64,000 bases of DNA. Source: a virus. Taxonomy: Duplodnaviria > Caudoviricetes. The stretch lies in the IMG/VR virus record IMGVR_UViG_3300036987_000008, positions 2,551 through 66,550 of that record. One strand, given 5' to 3'. The notes under the pieces were generated by a model. The model was not told the DNA's origin, did no database searches, and saw only the letters and a program-made list of their open reading frames with translations. Within the stretch, counting starts at the first letter, position 1; each line of letters begins with the position of its first letter. Below are positions 1 through 8,628 of this stretch, piece after piece. Both the position numbers and the translations under genes were made by a program.

Positions 1-235
1 TCTTGAAGGACCGATGATGTTGATAGCGTTCGGTTGGGGTGCATCAATGATACTACCTTGGGATGATGGTGTTGCCTTCATGGCGACGCTCAAGGACGCG
101 CACTTCGTGAAGTCTGAGTACAAGGATGGTGCCACGCAGTGGTTCTTGAATTCTAAGGCGGATTTCAGCGCGACTATGTTCACACCGGCACAGCAAGCGC
201 AGGTGCTGATGAATGGGACAGGGGAGCCATCATGA
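1..235 (+). CDS. Hypothetical protein, probably 5'-truncated by the window edge
   Basis: The frame is open from position 2. The ORF track starts at ATG 14. The stop overlaps the next start (ATGA). Confidence 0.55.
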   Translation, partial: LEGPMMLIAFGWGASMILPWDDGVAFMATLKDAHFVKSEYKDGATQWFLNSKADFSATMFTPAQQAQVLMNGTGEPS

Positions 236-999
236 GCTCCATTACTAAAGACTTGGACTCCCTCTACCCCGATTACCAGTGGTGGGAAAGCGACATGGAT
301 TTCTTCGTGAGCGACCTCGAGGCCAAGGGTGTGAAGATCGGTACTGATAGTCGTACGGGTCGGTTAGGTAAAGAGATAGTTGAACCTGCGATATCCTTTT
401 CCGGTTTCTGCTCTCAAGGTGATGGGCTTGCGTTCGACTGCACTATCGATTGGACTGTGTTCTTCCACGCGCACCCCGAGTTCGCCGAGCAGATGCCGCA
501 TTGGTATCTACTGCTTGTAGCTAACCCGTTCATGGTGGAGGTGAACTCTATACGACACAGCCGAGGTAATTCTATGTCTGTGAACGTCGGGTACAACGCG
601 TACTACGAGGACGACCACGGTGCAGTGACCGACGGGTTCTTTGCGGGTGTGCAGACCGATGAGCTACCTATGACAGAATCATCGCTTGAGACCTATATGT
701 ATGAGTACTTGGATGGCGAGGCTAGCCGTATGTACCGCGAGTTGGAAAGCACGTACGACTCTGAATGTGAATACATGCGTGACCAACGCAAGGAGGAACT
801 GAAGGAACAGTACGCCGACAACATCAGCGCGGCGATGTCTGCGCTGCCTGATGTGTTCACAAGGACTCATGCCGAGGAGTGCCTTGATGCTGTCGAAGGT
901 GTTGTTGACTTCGCTGACCTTGATGAGCTTGGGTATGTCGTTCGCTGGCTTGGTACTTGGATGAAGAAGGAGGTGCGTTGTGATCCTAAACCACTCTAG
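232..999 (+). CDS. Acidic conserved hypothetical protein with ISFSGFCSQGDG motif
   Basis: 255-aa ORF. From memory, the motif resembles an MGE family loosely labelled 'antitoxin of TA stability system'; that function is unproven. Confidence 0.75.
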   Translation: MSSITKDLDSLYPDYQWWESDMDFFVSDLEAKGVKIGTDSRTGRLGKEIVEPAISFSGFCSQGDGLAFDCTIDWTVFFHAHPEFAEQMPHWYLLLVANPFMVEVNSIRHSRGNSMSVNVGYNAYYEDDHGAVTDGFFAGVQTDELPMTESSLETYMYEYLDGEASRMYRELESTYDSECEYMRDQRKEELKEQYADNISAAMSALPDVFTRTHAEECLDAVEGVVDFADLDELGYVVRWLGTWMKKEVRCDPKPL

Positions 1000-1222
1000 C
1001 TGGCGTGTGTACGCTGACAGTCGTTGGGTGTATCGAGTACGCCGCGTGGGCGTGCGTGCTGTGGACATACATGTGACGCGCACTGGTAATGGGTATCGCA
1101 TCTCGTACCCCAACAGCGCAAACCCCGCCATGTGGGAATACACCACACAGGAAATACCGTGGTGCAAGGTGGAGGAGATGCAGAAGGTAGTCGAGGCTAT
1201 GTTCGGGGGTGGGGTATGTTGA
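980..1222 (+). CDS. Small hypothetical early protein
   Basis: 80-aa ORF packed between neighbours in the same operon. Confidence 0.55.
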   Translation: MILNHSSWRVYADSRWVYRVRRVGVRAVDIHVTRTGNGYRISYPNSANPAMWEYTTQEIPWCKVEEMQKVVEAMFGGGVC

Positions 1223-1449
1223 ATAGTAAACACTACGAGCTATCACACGGCAAGTCCACATCAGGTAGAGAGCGTATGCAACGGTGTGTCATGGAACTGC
1301 TCTTGCTTGGGTCTGAGTTTAAGCAGTGGGACGCCGTACGTCTGATCGGTATGTCTAGGCTCGCGAACTTGATCGGTGCTAGGTATGTGCAGTTCGATGC
1401 TAGTGGCACAGGTCATGTCACCGAGGAAGGAAAGGAGTTCTTGTCATGA
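1216..1449 (+). CDS. Mini winged-helix-like protein, paralogue 1
   Basis: ATG at 1216. C-terminus RLANLIGARYVQFDASGTGHVTEEGKEFL. Confidence 0.6.
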   Translation: MLNSKHYELSHGKSTSGRERMQRCVMELLLLGSEFKQWDAVRLIGMSRLANLIGARYVQFDASGTGHVTEEGKEFLS

Positions 1450-1631
1450 CCCAACGTGAGGCGCTAATGAGGGTGCTGCTCGCCGGTAGCAACGCGGCGC
1501 AACTTCGCAACGATGTGGGGCTTGAGACACTATACGACCTGATAAGCGATGGGCTCATCACATCCGAGTTCATCAAAGGTGTGGGTTGGGTGATACGGTT
1601 CACCGATGCAGGAAAGGAGGCGTTGAAATGA
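1446..1631 (+). CDS. Mini winged-helix-like protein, paralogue 2
   Basis: ATGA-coupled. LYDLISDGLITSEFIKGVGWVIRFTDAGKEAL is a typical wHTH helix-wing-helix tail. Confidence 0.65.
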   Translation: MTQREALMRVLLAGSNAAQLRNDVGLETLYDLISDGLITSEFIKGVGWVIRFTDAGKEALK

Positions 1632-1834
1632 GATACAGCGATACTGAGTATCAACAGGCGCTAGCTGTGCTCGCGATGATGGGTGGTGACTTCGAGTCGG
1701 TGGCGGGTCGGAGGGCTCTTGCAGAGGCGGAGGCGAGAGTGCCGCTCGCCTGGTTACTTCGCAGGGGGTTCATCTACTACTACAGAGCTGACCGTGCGCA
1801 GATCACGTACAAGGGTTGGAGCGTGCTGAAATGA
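1628..1834 (+). CDS. Mini winged-helix-like protein, paralogue 3
   Basis: ATG 1628 overlaps the previous stop. LAWLLRRGFIYYYRADRAQITYKGWSVL. Confidence 0.6.
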   Translation: MRYSDTEYQQALAVLAMMGGDFESVAGRRALAEAEARVPLAWLLRRGFIYYYRADRAQITYKGWSVLK

Positions 1835-2106
1835 ACGCGCCACGTAGCTACGACCAACACGCGGATGAGATAAACGCGGCGATAGCCGCGCTCATCATGC
1901 TAGGTGATTCGTTTACAAACTTTGAAGGGAACAATGCACTACGAGAAGCGAACAACAGCACATCACTGGCGTGGTTGATGATGATGGGGTATGTGATTGG
2001 TGCAGGTGAAAGACGCACGCCGAAGACGTACCAAGGTATCAAGCAGGTAGTACAAGAGCCGTTGAGCAAAGTGTCCCCGATGGGGCTACGTTATTTATCT
2101 TTATAA
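1831..2106 (+). CDS. Mini winged-helix-like protein, paralogue 4
   Basis: ATG 1831 overlaps the previous stop. LAWLMMMGYVIGAGERRTPKTYQGIKQV; clearly similar to paralogue 3. Confidence 0.6.
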   Translation: MNAPRSYDQHADEINAAIAALIMLGDSFTNFEGNNALREANNSTSLAWLMMMGYVIGAGERRTPKTYQGIKQVVQEPLSKVSPMGLRYLSL

Positions 2107-2118
2107 GGAGAAGTGATC

Positions 2119-2967
2119 ATGAGTATTTCTAATTCTGCAGTACTGGTAGAACTTAACATCAGCGCATGGACAGGGCGTAAGCTTGACCGTAAGGTCACGG
2201 CTGAGGTGACTAGCGGCAAGGCGGCTAACCGCGATGCCGCACGCGTGAACAAGAACCTCTTCGCCGGTTCCGACCGTCTCGCTGAGATCAACAACTATGC
2301 GTCATCAGCGCGGCAAGAGTATTACGCAATGACTCTGCCGTGGTCTACATCAGGTACACGCCTGTTGCCCTTCAAACAGATATTCGACTTCAAGGACTGG
2401 GCTGGACAGAAGGAAACGGAGTACGGTACACTGGTCGATACGTTCTTGCAGGAGTACAGTACGTTGATCTCTGCACAGGCATTCCGTTTGGGTTCTATGT
2501 TCGATGCGAAGGAGTACCCTCCGGCGAATGAGCTCGTCCAGAAGTTTCGTTTCAATACGATTCTGTTGCCTATGCCAGAGGCAGGTGACTTCCGTATCGA
2601 TGCCGAGGCTGACTTGAAAGCTGAGTTGGAAGAGCAGTACAAAGCGGCGTTCGAGGAGCGCACTAAAGCGGCGATGGATGACCTGTGGGAACGTCTCTAT
2701 ACAACGGTCTCACATCTGCGCGACAAGTGTGCGATGGAGAAGACGATCTTCCGTGAGTCTACTATGGAGAACGCATTGGAACTGTGCGGTATCCTGACTC
2801 GCTTGAACGTGACCAACGACCCTGAGTTAGAGGCGCGCCGCCGTGAATTGGAGAAGGCGTTGGCGGGAACAAGTATCGAGGCGTTGCGTGGGCGACCCGA
2901 GGCGAGAGATGCTACGAAGGCTCGCATGGATGAGATCTTATCTAAACTGAAAGGAGTAGGACTATAA
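2119..2967 (+). CDS. DUF3150-like protein
   Basis: SD AAGGAG upstream. AVLVELNISAWTGRKLD...AMTLPW...F..EY pattern recalled for the DUF3150 family. Confidence 0.75.
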   Translation: MSISNSAVLVELNISAWTGRKLDRKVTAEVTSGKAANRDAARVNKNLFAGSDRLAEINNYASSARQEYYAMTLPWSTSGTRLLPFKQIFDFKDWAGQKETEYGTLVDTFLQEYSTLISAQAFRLGSMFDAKEYPPANELVQKFRFNTILLPMPEAGDFRIDAEADLKAELEEQYKAAFEERTKAAMDDLWERLYTTVSHLRDKCAMEKTIFRESTMENALELCGILTRLNVTNDPELEARRRELEKALAGTSIEALRGRPEARDATKARMDEILSKLKGVGL

Positions 2968-3248
2968 TGCTAGACGTACAAGACAAACAGACTCATTGGC
3001 GCGTGACTCACATCGACCAAGGCAAGGATGGTGGGAACTACCTAGAACAGTGGCGCAGGCAGTTCGCTACGTTCGGCGATATGCCAAAGCTAACCCAGAC
3101 AGCGGTTGCCGTGCTGACGATGCAGGATGACTTGGGTAGTGTGCCCGGTCTAGGTCGCCGCGTGTCCAAAGAAGTGTACTGGTTGGAGGACACAAAAGAA
3201 CTTCTACAGGAGTACGAAGATGGCGCACAAGCCGCTACCACTACGTAA
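2967..3248 (+). CDS. Conserved hypothetical phage protein
   Basis: TAATG coupling. Contains AVLTM...VPGLGRRVSKEVYWL. Confidence 0.7.
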   Translation: MLDVQDKQTHWRVTHIDQGKDGGNYLEQWRRQFATFGDMPKLTQTAVAVLTMQDDLGSVPGLGRRVSKEVYWLEDTKELLQEYEDGAQAATTT

Positions 3249-3408
3249 GCTCACCATGCAGGAACACCAGAAGTTATGGTGGGCGCGTAACGGACACATA
3301 GTGTGCGCGATGCGTAAAGAAGCGCGAGCTGAAGCTAAGGCGGCGAAAGCCGCTGAGGCGGATGCTCGCTTCAAAGTGAAACGGAAATTACCAAAGGAGA
3401 AATCATGA
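3220..3408 (+). CDS. Small basic hypothetical protein
   Basis: 62 aa, in operon, ATGA overlap with the next gene. Confidence 0.5.
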   Translation: MAHKPLPLRKLTMQEHQKLWWARNGHIVCAMRKEARAEAKAAKAAEADARFKVKRKLPKEKS

Positions 3409-3635
3409 GACAGATTAAATTAGCACGGGGCGTATTAGATGAAGTGATCGATGTACGCGACCTAACGGTTGGGTGCTGGTATTACGGCATTGGGAGATTC
3501 ATAGGGTGTATGGCTCTGTGGGATGGGAAAGTATTCCACGGTTTCCAAAACAAGTTCGGGCAATACCTTGAGACAACCGCGGTGTACGGGGCCGCAGGGT
3601 TCGATCCAATAACGAAACTAGACACGGAGGCTTAA
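3405..3635 (+). CDS. Hypothetical protein
   Basis: SD AAGGAG; 76 aa. Confidence 0.6.
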   Translation: MRQIKLARGVLDEVIDVRDLTVGCWYYGIGRFIGCMALWDGKVFHGFQNKFGQYLETTAVYGAAGFDPITKLDTEA

Positions 3636-3762
3636 CCATGACTTCAATGTTTAGACGTAAAAAGAAAATGATGCGAGAGCGCGGCGATCTTAACTGGAAA
3701 GAAGTCGGCGGCATCATCGCAATGATAATCATCGCGGGACTACTTATCTACACGAAGGGGGC

Positions 3763-4065
3763 ATGATGAATGGATATTTCATTGCAGTTACGAGCGCAGC
3801 ACTGGGTTTCCTTGCGGGCTTCTGGTTTTACTCGTGGTATGAGAGTCATATTCGGAAGCCGCAGTCGAAACTGGTTGAGCATATCTCATCTCACAAGGCC
3901 AAGCCTGTTAAGGCGTGGAGTCCAGTTGAGCGTAAGTGTAGCATTTGCCATGCTACTTTTTGGGTTAGCGCAGGCGACGAGTCAAACTACGAATGTGGTA
4001 GCGAGGAATGCTACCGAGCAGACCGTAATCGGCGCACCATGCACAACACTGACCGACATCCGTGA
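3763..4065 (+). CDS. Membrane-anchored protein with Zn-ribbon-like C-terminus
   Basis: N-terminal hydrophobic helix; CSICH...CGSEEC. Confidence 0.55.
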   Translation: MMNGYFIAVTSAALGFLAGFWFYSWYESHIRKPQSKLVEHISSHKAKPVKAWSPVERKCSICHATFWVSAGDESNYECGSEECYRADRNRRTMHNTDRHP

Positions 4066-4134
4066 AGGCACTTGCAACCTAAAGGTTGACCGCATCAAGC
4101 GGAACGCTGGACAACCTAAACCATTTACTGAGAG

Positions 4135-4326
4135 GTGGACGAAATGAAATACCTAGCCGCAGTATCCGCCTTCGTAGTGGTGCATCTGGTGTTCCTGTAT
4201 CTATTCTGGCTTAGTGGTGCCGAGTTTGAACGCGGTAGCGCAATTTTTCTAGCTGGCCTTTACGCACTTATTTTAAGCGGTTTAGCTACTGGAATTATTC
4301 TAGCTACTTGGGAGGATAAGAAATGA
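4135..4326 (+). CDS. Small two-TM membrane protein
   Basis: Two hydrophobic segments in 63 aa. Confidence 0.55.
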   Translation: MDEMKYLAAVSAFVVVHLVFLYLFWLSGAEFERGSAIFLAGLYALILSGLATGIILATWEDKK

Positions 4327-4580
4327 ACAACGAACGATACTTGCAGGTAGCGAAAGAGAATGGTGGTCATGTAACCGAAATAAACGACAGTGTGGTTGGA
4401 CTAAGTTTTTACACACAAGCATTCCTAGCCACCTGTGCCGCAATTGAGAAAGAAGTTAGAGAGGCATGTGCGAAACTGTGCGAACAAACATACGAAACTG
4501 GATTTGCCGCAGAACCACGACTGCCTTGTTTTGATACAGCAGAAGAGTGTGCAGAAGCTATCCGAGGAGGTGTGAAATGA
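4323..4580 (+). CDS. Hypothetical protein
   Basis: ATGA-coupled at both ends; EREACAKLCE-like motif common in phage accessory genes. Confidence 0.6.
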   Translation: MNNERYLQVAKENGGHVTEINDSVVGLSFYTQAFLATCAAIEKEVREACAKLCEQTYETGFAAEPRLPCFDTAEECAEAIRGGVK

Positions 4581-5107
4581 GCTTACGATCAGTAATAACA
4601 TGGCTTGAGAACGGTTGCGACCCTAAAGAAGCAGTCAAAGAACTTGAGTATCACGAAAAGAATATGACAGCATTGAAAGAGCAACTCGCCACAGTAACAA
4701 AAGAGTTGGCACTTTCTGATTCGATGTACAAACTGGTCTTGCTTGAGCGTAATGCGGCTGAAGCAGAACTCAACAAGCTACGCAGTAGTGAGCCTGTTAT
4801 TGGCGATTACATCTACTGCCCAGACTATGACGATACTACAGGCTCGATGATTGATACAGGTGGTGCGTACATCCCTGCAAATAAGCTAGAAGTGGAGCAA
4901 GGTCTGTCTTGCAAGCTGTACGCTCACCCACAAGTACCAGAGGGTAAGGTGCTAGTGCCGATTGAGCCGACTTGGGATATGACTAGATGTGGTTTGTTTT
5001 CTGTGAACGTTAAATGTGATTGTGGTGCAGAACATTCGACTAGTTTATCGCACAATAAAATGACAGAGCTTTACAAAGCCATGATTACTGCATCGAAGGA
5101 GAGATGA
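4577..5107 (+). CDS. Hypothetical coiled-coil accessory protein
   Basis: ATG 4577 with GGAGG SD; AT-richer codon usage. Confidence 0.65.
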   Translation: MSLRSVITWLENGCDPKEAVKELEYHEKNMTALKEQLATVTKELALSDSMYKLVLLERNAAEAELNKLRSSEPVIGDYIYCPDYDDTTGSMIDTGGAYIPANKLEVEQGLSCKLYAHPQVPEGKVLVPIEPTWDMTRCGLFSVNVKCDCGAEHSTSLSHNKMTELYKAMITASKER

Positions 5108-5108
5108 G

Positions 5109-5573
5109 ATGGGATATGACGCAAATGATACTGCTCAAATAACTGAAGGTGAGTTAGAAGAATTGAAACAGGATTACAGAAATGTAATTGAGAAATTACA
5201 AGCCGCAATCGCCACTCGCAACGAAGAGGTGAAAGAGCTTGAGGCGGAGATTGAACGCCGAATCAGAAGCGCAGACAAGATACTTGAAAGGTTTGAACAG
5301 CTACAAGCTCAAGTGGCTATGAAGGATGGGGCTTTGTCATACCTGATGCAGCAGTTCGATGGAGAAACGTGGCAATGCCCTACTTGTGGTCATGCTGAAG
5401 ATACTTCAACAATGGATAGCGCGACATGGCTTAGAGATTTTCTTGCCAATGCATCCCCATCCAACTGGCTAGAAAAGAAACTGTTGGAGGCTAGGATTGA
5501 TGAGGCAGATTCAGCAGTTAGGGTTTCAGAGTTGCATAGACAGTTAGCGGCATTGGAAGGAGAGAAGGAGTGA
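5109..5573 (+). CDS. Hypothetical coiled-coil protein with CxxC
   Basis: 154 aa; WQCPTCGH. Confidence 0.65.
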   Translation: MGYDANDTAQITEGELEELKQDYRNVIEKLQAAIATRNEEVKELEAEIERRIRSADKILERFEQLQAQVAMKDGALSYLMQQFDGETWQCPTCGHAEDTSTMDSATWLRDFLANASPSNWLEKKLLEARIDEADSAVRVSELHRQLAALEGEKE

Positions 5574-6163
5574 AGATAGCCACCACTGCACTTGTAGCTT
5601 TGCTACTGTCCGCAAGATCTTTTGCGGCCCCTATCGAGGTGGGTCTCGGCAAGACGGCCAACACCACCGCGGCTACATACTCTATCGGAATAATCACGAG
5701 CGCGTTTGATCAGCAAGTCCGGGTGGGGTATTTAAATCTGAGTACCCCGGTCGCGAACCAGAATGTGGAGCAGAAGGATCTGATCGATGATCAGCTGGCT
5801 GGATGGGGGGAGCCACCATGCCACTGGCTACCGCAAAAGATGGTACACGCGATATACGTCACCGCAGACCCAGTCGTATACATCGGTGAGGGTACGGTTG
5901 TACGGACGGAGTTTGGGGCGGTGTTCTACCGCCCACAGTGGCAACAGGATATATGCCAGAACGCCGCCAATGAACCGCCGCACGCATACTCCGCGCCGTG
6001 GAATGTTCACCCAACATTTGGACTGGTGTTCGAGCGGGGGGATGTTTCTTACGCACTCACGAGGACAACCATAACCCAGAGCGGGGACTGGGAGGGGCAA
6101 AACCCATCGAGCACGAGAATAAGTTTTGTGATTCGGATGCGCTTAACAGGAGAAACGAGATGA
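5570..6163 (+). CDS. Exported protein, probable outer-membrane beta-barrel
   Basis: Signal peptide MKIATTALVALLLSARSFA; alternating amphipathic strands; GTGA and ATGA coupling. Confidence 0.6.
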   Translation: MKIATTALVALLLSARSFAAPIEVGLGKTANTTAATYSIGIITSAFDQQVRVGYLNLSTPVANQNVEQKDLIDDQLAGWGEPPCHWLPQKMVHAIYVTADPVVYIGEGTVVRTEFGAVFYRPQWQQDICQNAANEPPHAYSAPWNVHPTFGLVFERGDVSYALTRTTITQSGDWEGQNPSSTRISFVIRMRLTGETR

Positions 6164-6966
6164 AAATAACTGAAGACCAAGTGTTTGAAGTGATCGAGTC
6201 GTTCGGTACGTCTGGTGCGACGAAGAAGCAGATCGCCAAGAGGTTGGGCACTGCGATCGAGACACCAACGTACAGAGCTGAGCAGCTGATCAAAGCTGGG
6301 CTGGTGATGAAGGGTAAGCATGGACTGGAAGTCGTGTACATCATGAAGCCGAAGGTGCCCCCCGCGATGCCGTCGTTCACACAACCAATAAAACCGGTCA
6401 ACACGATACCCGCGTTAGCCGATACGGAACTGTTCAAGCAGAACGCGGAGACATTGGAGCGCGAGTACAGAAGAGAAGTCGGCATGAGCCCCTCTCTAGG
6501 CACATCGTACGGCCCAGCGGTGACGCGAGTGGAAGGACTTGATGAGTTGGTAAACTCATTCGTTGAGTCACTGGCTTCTCAGATAACAGCAAGACTGCGC
6601 CCCATGCTCGTCGAGCGTCTGAAAGATTCTGTTGCTGCCATGACAGAGGAGATCGTCGCGAAGCCGATCGAGTTTCCTAAACCGAAACCATACCTACCAT
6701 CCGTCCTAATCGGCGGACTGAAGGGTGATCAGGTAGAGATGTTCACGAGAGAGTTCGAGGGTGTAGCAGACCTCCGCTTCGTAGGCGCAGATGAGGGCAC
6801 TTCAGTATGGAAGTCACGCGCGGCGCACGCGAAACACACAGTGCTGATGGTGGACTTCCTGAGTCATAAACACGTGGAGCAGTTAAAGGCGATGGGTGTG
6901 TGCCCGATCGAGATACGTGGCGGCATGACTAAGCTGCGTGATAAGTTGATGGAGCTGAGTGTATGA
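6160..6966 (+). CDS. Winged-helix DNA-binding protein with C-terminal DUF2325-like alpha/beta domain
   Basis: True start ATG 6160 (SD AGGAG). TKKQIAKRLG...LIKAGLV is a wHTH; VLIGG...VLMVDFLSH is DUF2325-like. Confidence 0.7.
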   Translation: MKITEDQVFEVIESFGTSGATKKQIAKRLGTAIETPTYRAEQLIKAGLVMKGKHGLEVVYIMKPKVPPAMPSFTQPIKPVNTIPALADTELFKQNAETLEREYRREVGMSPSLGTSYGPAVTRVEGLDELVNSFVESLASQITARLRPMLVERLKDSVAAMTEEIVAKPIEFPKPKPYLPSVLIGGLKGDQVEMFTREFEGVADLRFVGADEGTSVWKSRAAHAKHTVLMVDFLSHKHVEQLKAMGVCPIEIRGGMTKLRDKLMELSV

Positions 6967-7241
6967 CTCGTAACGAAAGACGCAGCGCGGCTTACGCAGC
7001 AAACAGAGAAGAGTGCGCGGCACGGCAACGTGCTTGGTACAATGACAACAAAGAGCATGTTTCATTCATGCGTAAACGAAAGCGGGAGATGACTATGTCA
7101 AAGAAAGAAATGGAAGACCATCTACGTTGGGCAGCGAAGAAGATATATGATGCGACGATGTCTAACACGGAATCAAACGACCGCGCGCTCGAGATACTGA
7201 GTGCTATTGGTTGGCCTAAAGATGAAGAGGAGGAAGAATGA
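6963..7241 (+). CDS. Hypothetical basic protein
   Basis: ATGA coupling; 92 aa. Confidence 0.55.
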   Translation: MTRNERRSAAYAANREECAARQRAWYNDNKEHVSFMRKRKREMTMSKKEMEDHLRWAAKKIYDATMSNTESNDRALEILSAIGWPKDEEEEE

Positions 7242-7507
7242 TGTACACACACAAAAAGAAACCCTATCGTGCAGCATGCACACAGTGGACCGCGAGTAAC
7301 ACCGAGGAGGTTATGGAGCTGATGAAGACCTCCGGCATCGAGGCTTCGCCTTATGGTGACGCTATGATGCTCAGGTGGGTCGACCCAGTACACCGCAACT
7401 CGCGCATCGATATGTTCTACCCCGGCATGTGGTTGCGCATAGGCGAGAACGGCATCATGAAGATCATGTCCGACCAAGAATTCAAACTTAAATACGAGGA
7501 GCTATAG
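7238..7507 (+). CDS. Conserved hypothetical phage protein
   Basis: KKKPYRAACTQW...PGMWLRIGENG...F..KYE resembles a widespread small phage family. Confidence 0.6.
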   Translation: MMYTHKKKPYRAACTQWTASNTEEVMELMKTSGIEASPYGDAMMLRWVDPVHRNSRIDMFYPGMWLRIGENGIMKIMSDQEFKLKYEEL

Positions 7508-7699
7508 ATGCGACATAAACTAACCGATGCGCAGTGCGACCAGTTGGCAAGGATGCACGCGGTAACACCTAGCCCTACCGTCCGCGCATTGGTCCGCTCA
7601 GCGTTCGGTCTCGGCGTCAACATCGATGTTCTACAAGCAAAACACCCGGAGGTGAAAGATGGCGACAACAAAAGAGGGAGCAGTAAAAGCCAAGGTTAA
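7508..7699 (+). CDS. Small hypothetical protein
   Basis: 63 aa, directly after the previous stop. Confidence 0.45.
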   Translation: MRHKLTDAQCDQLARMHAVTPSPTVRALVRSAFGLGVNIDVLQAKHPEVKDGDNKRGSSKSQG

Positions 7700-7958
7700 A
7701 AAGATGTTGGATGCGTATGAGTGTTATCACTTCAGCCCTATGACTGGCGGATACGGTAACTCGGGGATTCCTGATATCATAGCGTGTTGCAACGGTAAGT
7801 TCCTAGCGATCGAGTGCAAAGCAGGTAAGGGTAAGACGACCGCGCTACAGGAGAAGAACTTAGCGGCGATACGAGAGGCGGGTGGTGCCGCGCTAGTCAT
7901 CAACGAGAGCAATATGTCTGAACTACAAGGGTACTTGATACTACTGGGGGCGTCATGA
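7659..7958 (+). CDS. VRR-NUC domain nuclease (putative Holliday junction resolvase)
   Basis: E..VK...GIPDIIAC...FLAIECKAG..T..Q PD-(D/E)XK pattern. Confidence 0.85.
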   Translation: MATTKEGAVKAKVKKMLDAYECYHFSPMTGGYGNSGIPDIIACCNGKFLAIECKAGKGKTTALQEKNLAAIREAGGAALVINESNMSELQGYLILLGAS

Positions 7959-8179
7959 AACCGCTGGTCATGTTGAGCACGCGATACCCCGATCAACAGG
8001 TATTGCGTAGTGTAGCTATGCAGTTTGGTGGGCAGCATGTGCAGTATCAAGTCCCGTACCATAGCAGGGCGATGGCGGAGGAAGGTATAGTTATTCGCTT
8101 GAAAGACGGGGTGGTGACGGTCAAGTGTGGTGACCTTGCGGCAGAAGCCGCTGACTATTTATTCGGAGAACAAACATGA
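7955..8179 (+). CDS. Hypothetical protein
   Basis: ATGA-coupled on both sides. Confidence 0.55.
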   Translation: MKPLVMLSTRYPDQQVLRSVAMQFGGQHVQYQVPYHSRAMAEEGIVIRLKDGVVTVKCGDLAAEAADYLFGEQT

Positions 8180-8628
8180 TTGAAAAACTACTGAAGCGAT
8201 TCATGTCGGACACGGGCAAGATGGTTCTCGAAGCGACATATAAATGGGCGGATATGAAAGACGGTGAGCCGGTCGACGACGCGTATGAACCTATGACGAT
8301 GTACGAGAATGCGTTAGCCTGTGGTACTTGGATAGATAAGCGCGTGCTGACAAGCGTGGTGATGCGCTTGCGCGTGGAGCATGCTATATCTTTGAAGCGT
8401 CGTAAAGCCGAGGCGACCGCGGCTAAGATCCTGATGGGTGAGACGTTCAACGAGAAGGGTCAGGCTAATCAGGCGAAACAGGTTAACCCCAACTCGTTAG
8501 GCGGTTTGGCTGCGCAACATCCGTATGCGAACCAACAAGCGTATCAACAAGCGCAGTACGCCAAACAGATGTACGCGCAGCAGGGGCTAGGTAATCTAGG
8601 TAACACACTAACTGGTACACAACGATGA
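8176..8628 (+). CDS. Hypothetical protein with Gln-rich tail
   Basis: 150 aa, ATGA-coupled to the polymerase. Confidence 0.6.
   Translation: MIEKLLKRFMSDTGKMVLEATYKWADMKDGEPVDDAYEPMTMYENALACGTWIDKRVLTSVVMRLRVEHAISLKRRKAEATAAKILMGETFNEKGQANQAKQVNPNSLGGLAAQHPYANQQAYQQAQYAKQMYAQQGLGNLGNTLTGTQR

Noticed and set aside
7238-7507. Named anti-defence sponge (Tad2/Acb-type)
   Set aside because: Only a loose resemblance to a widespread small phage family; I cannot assign it without a search.
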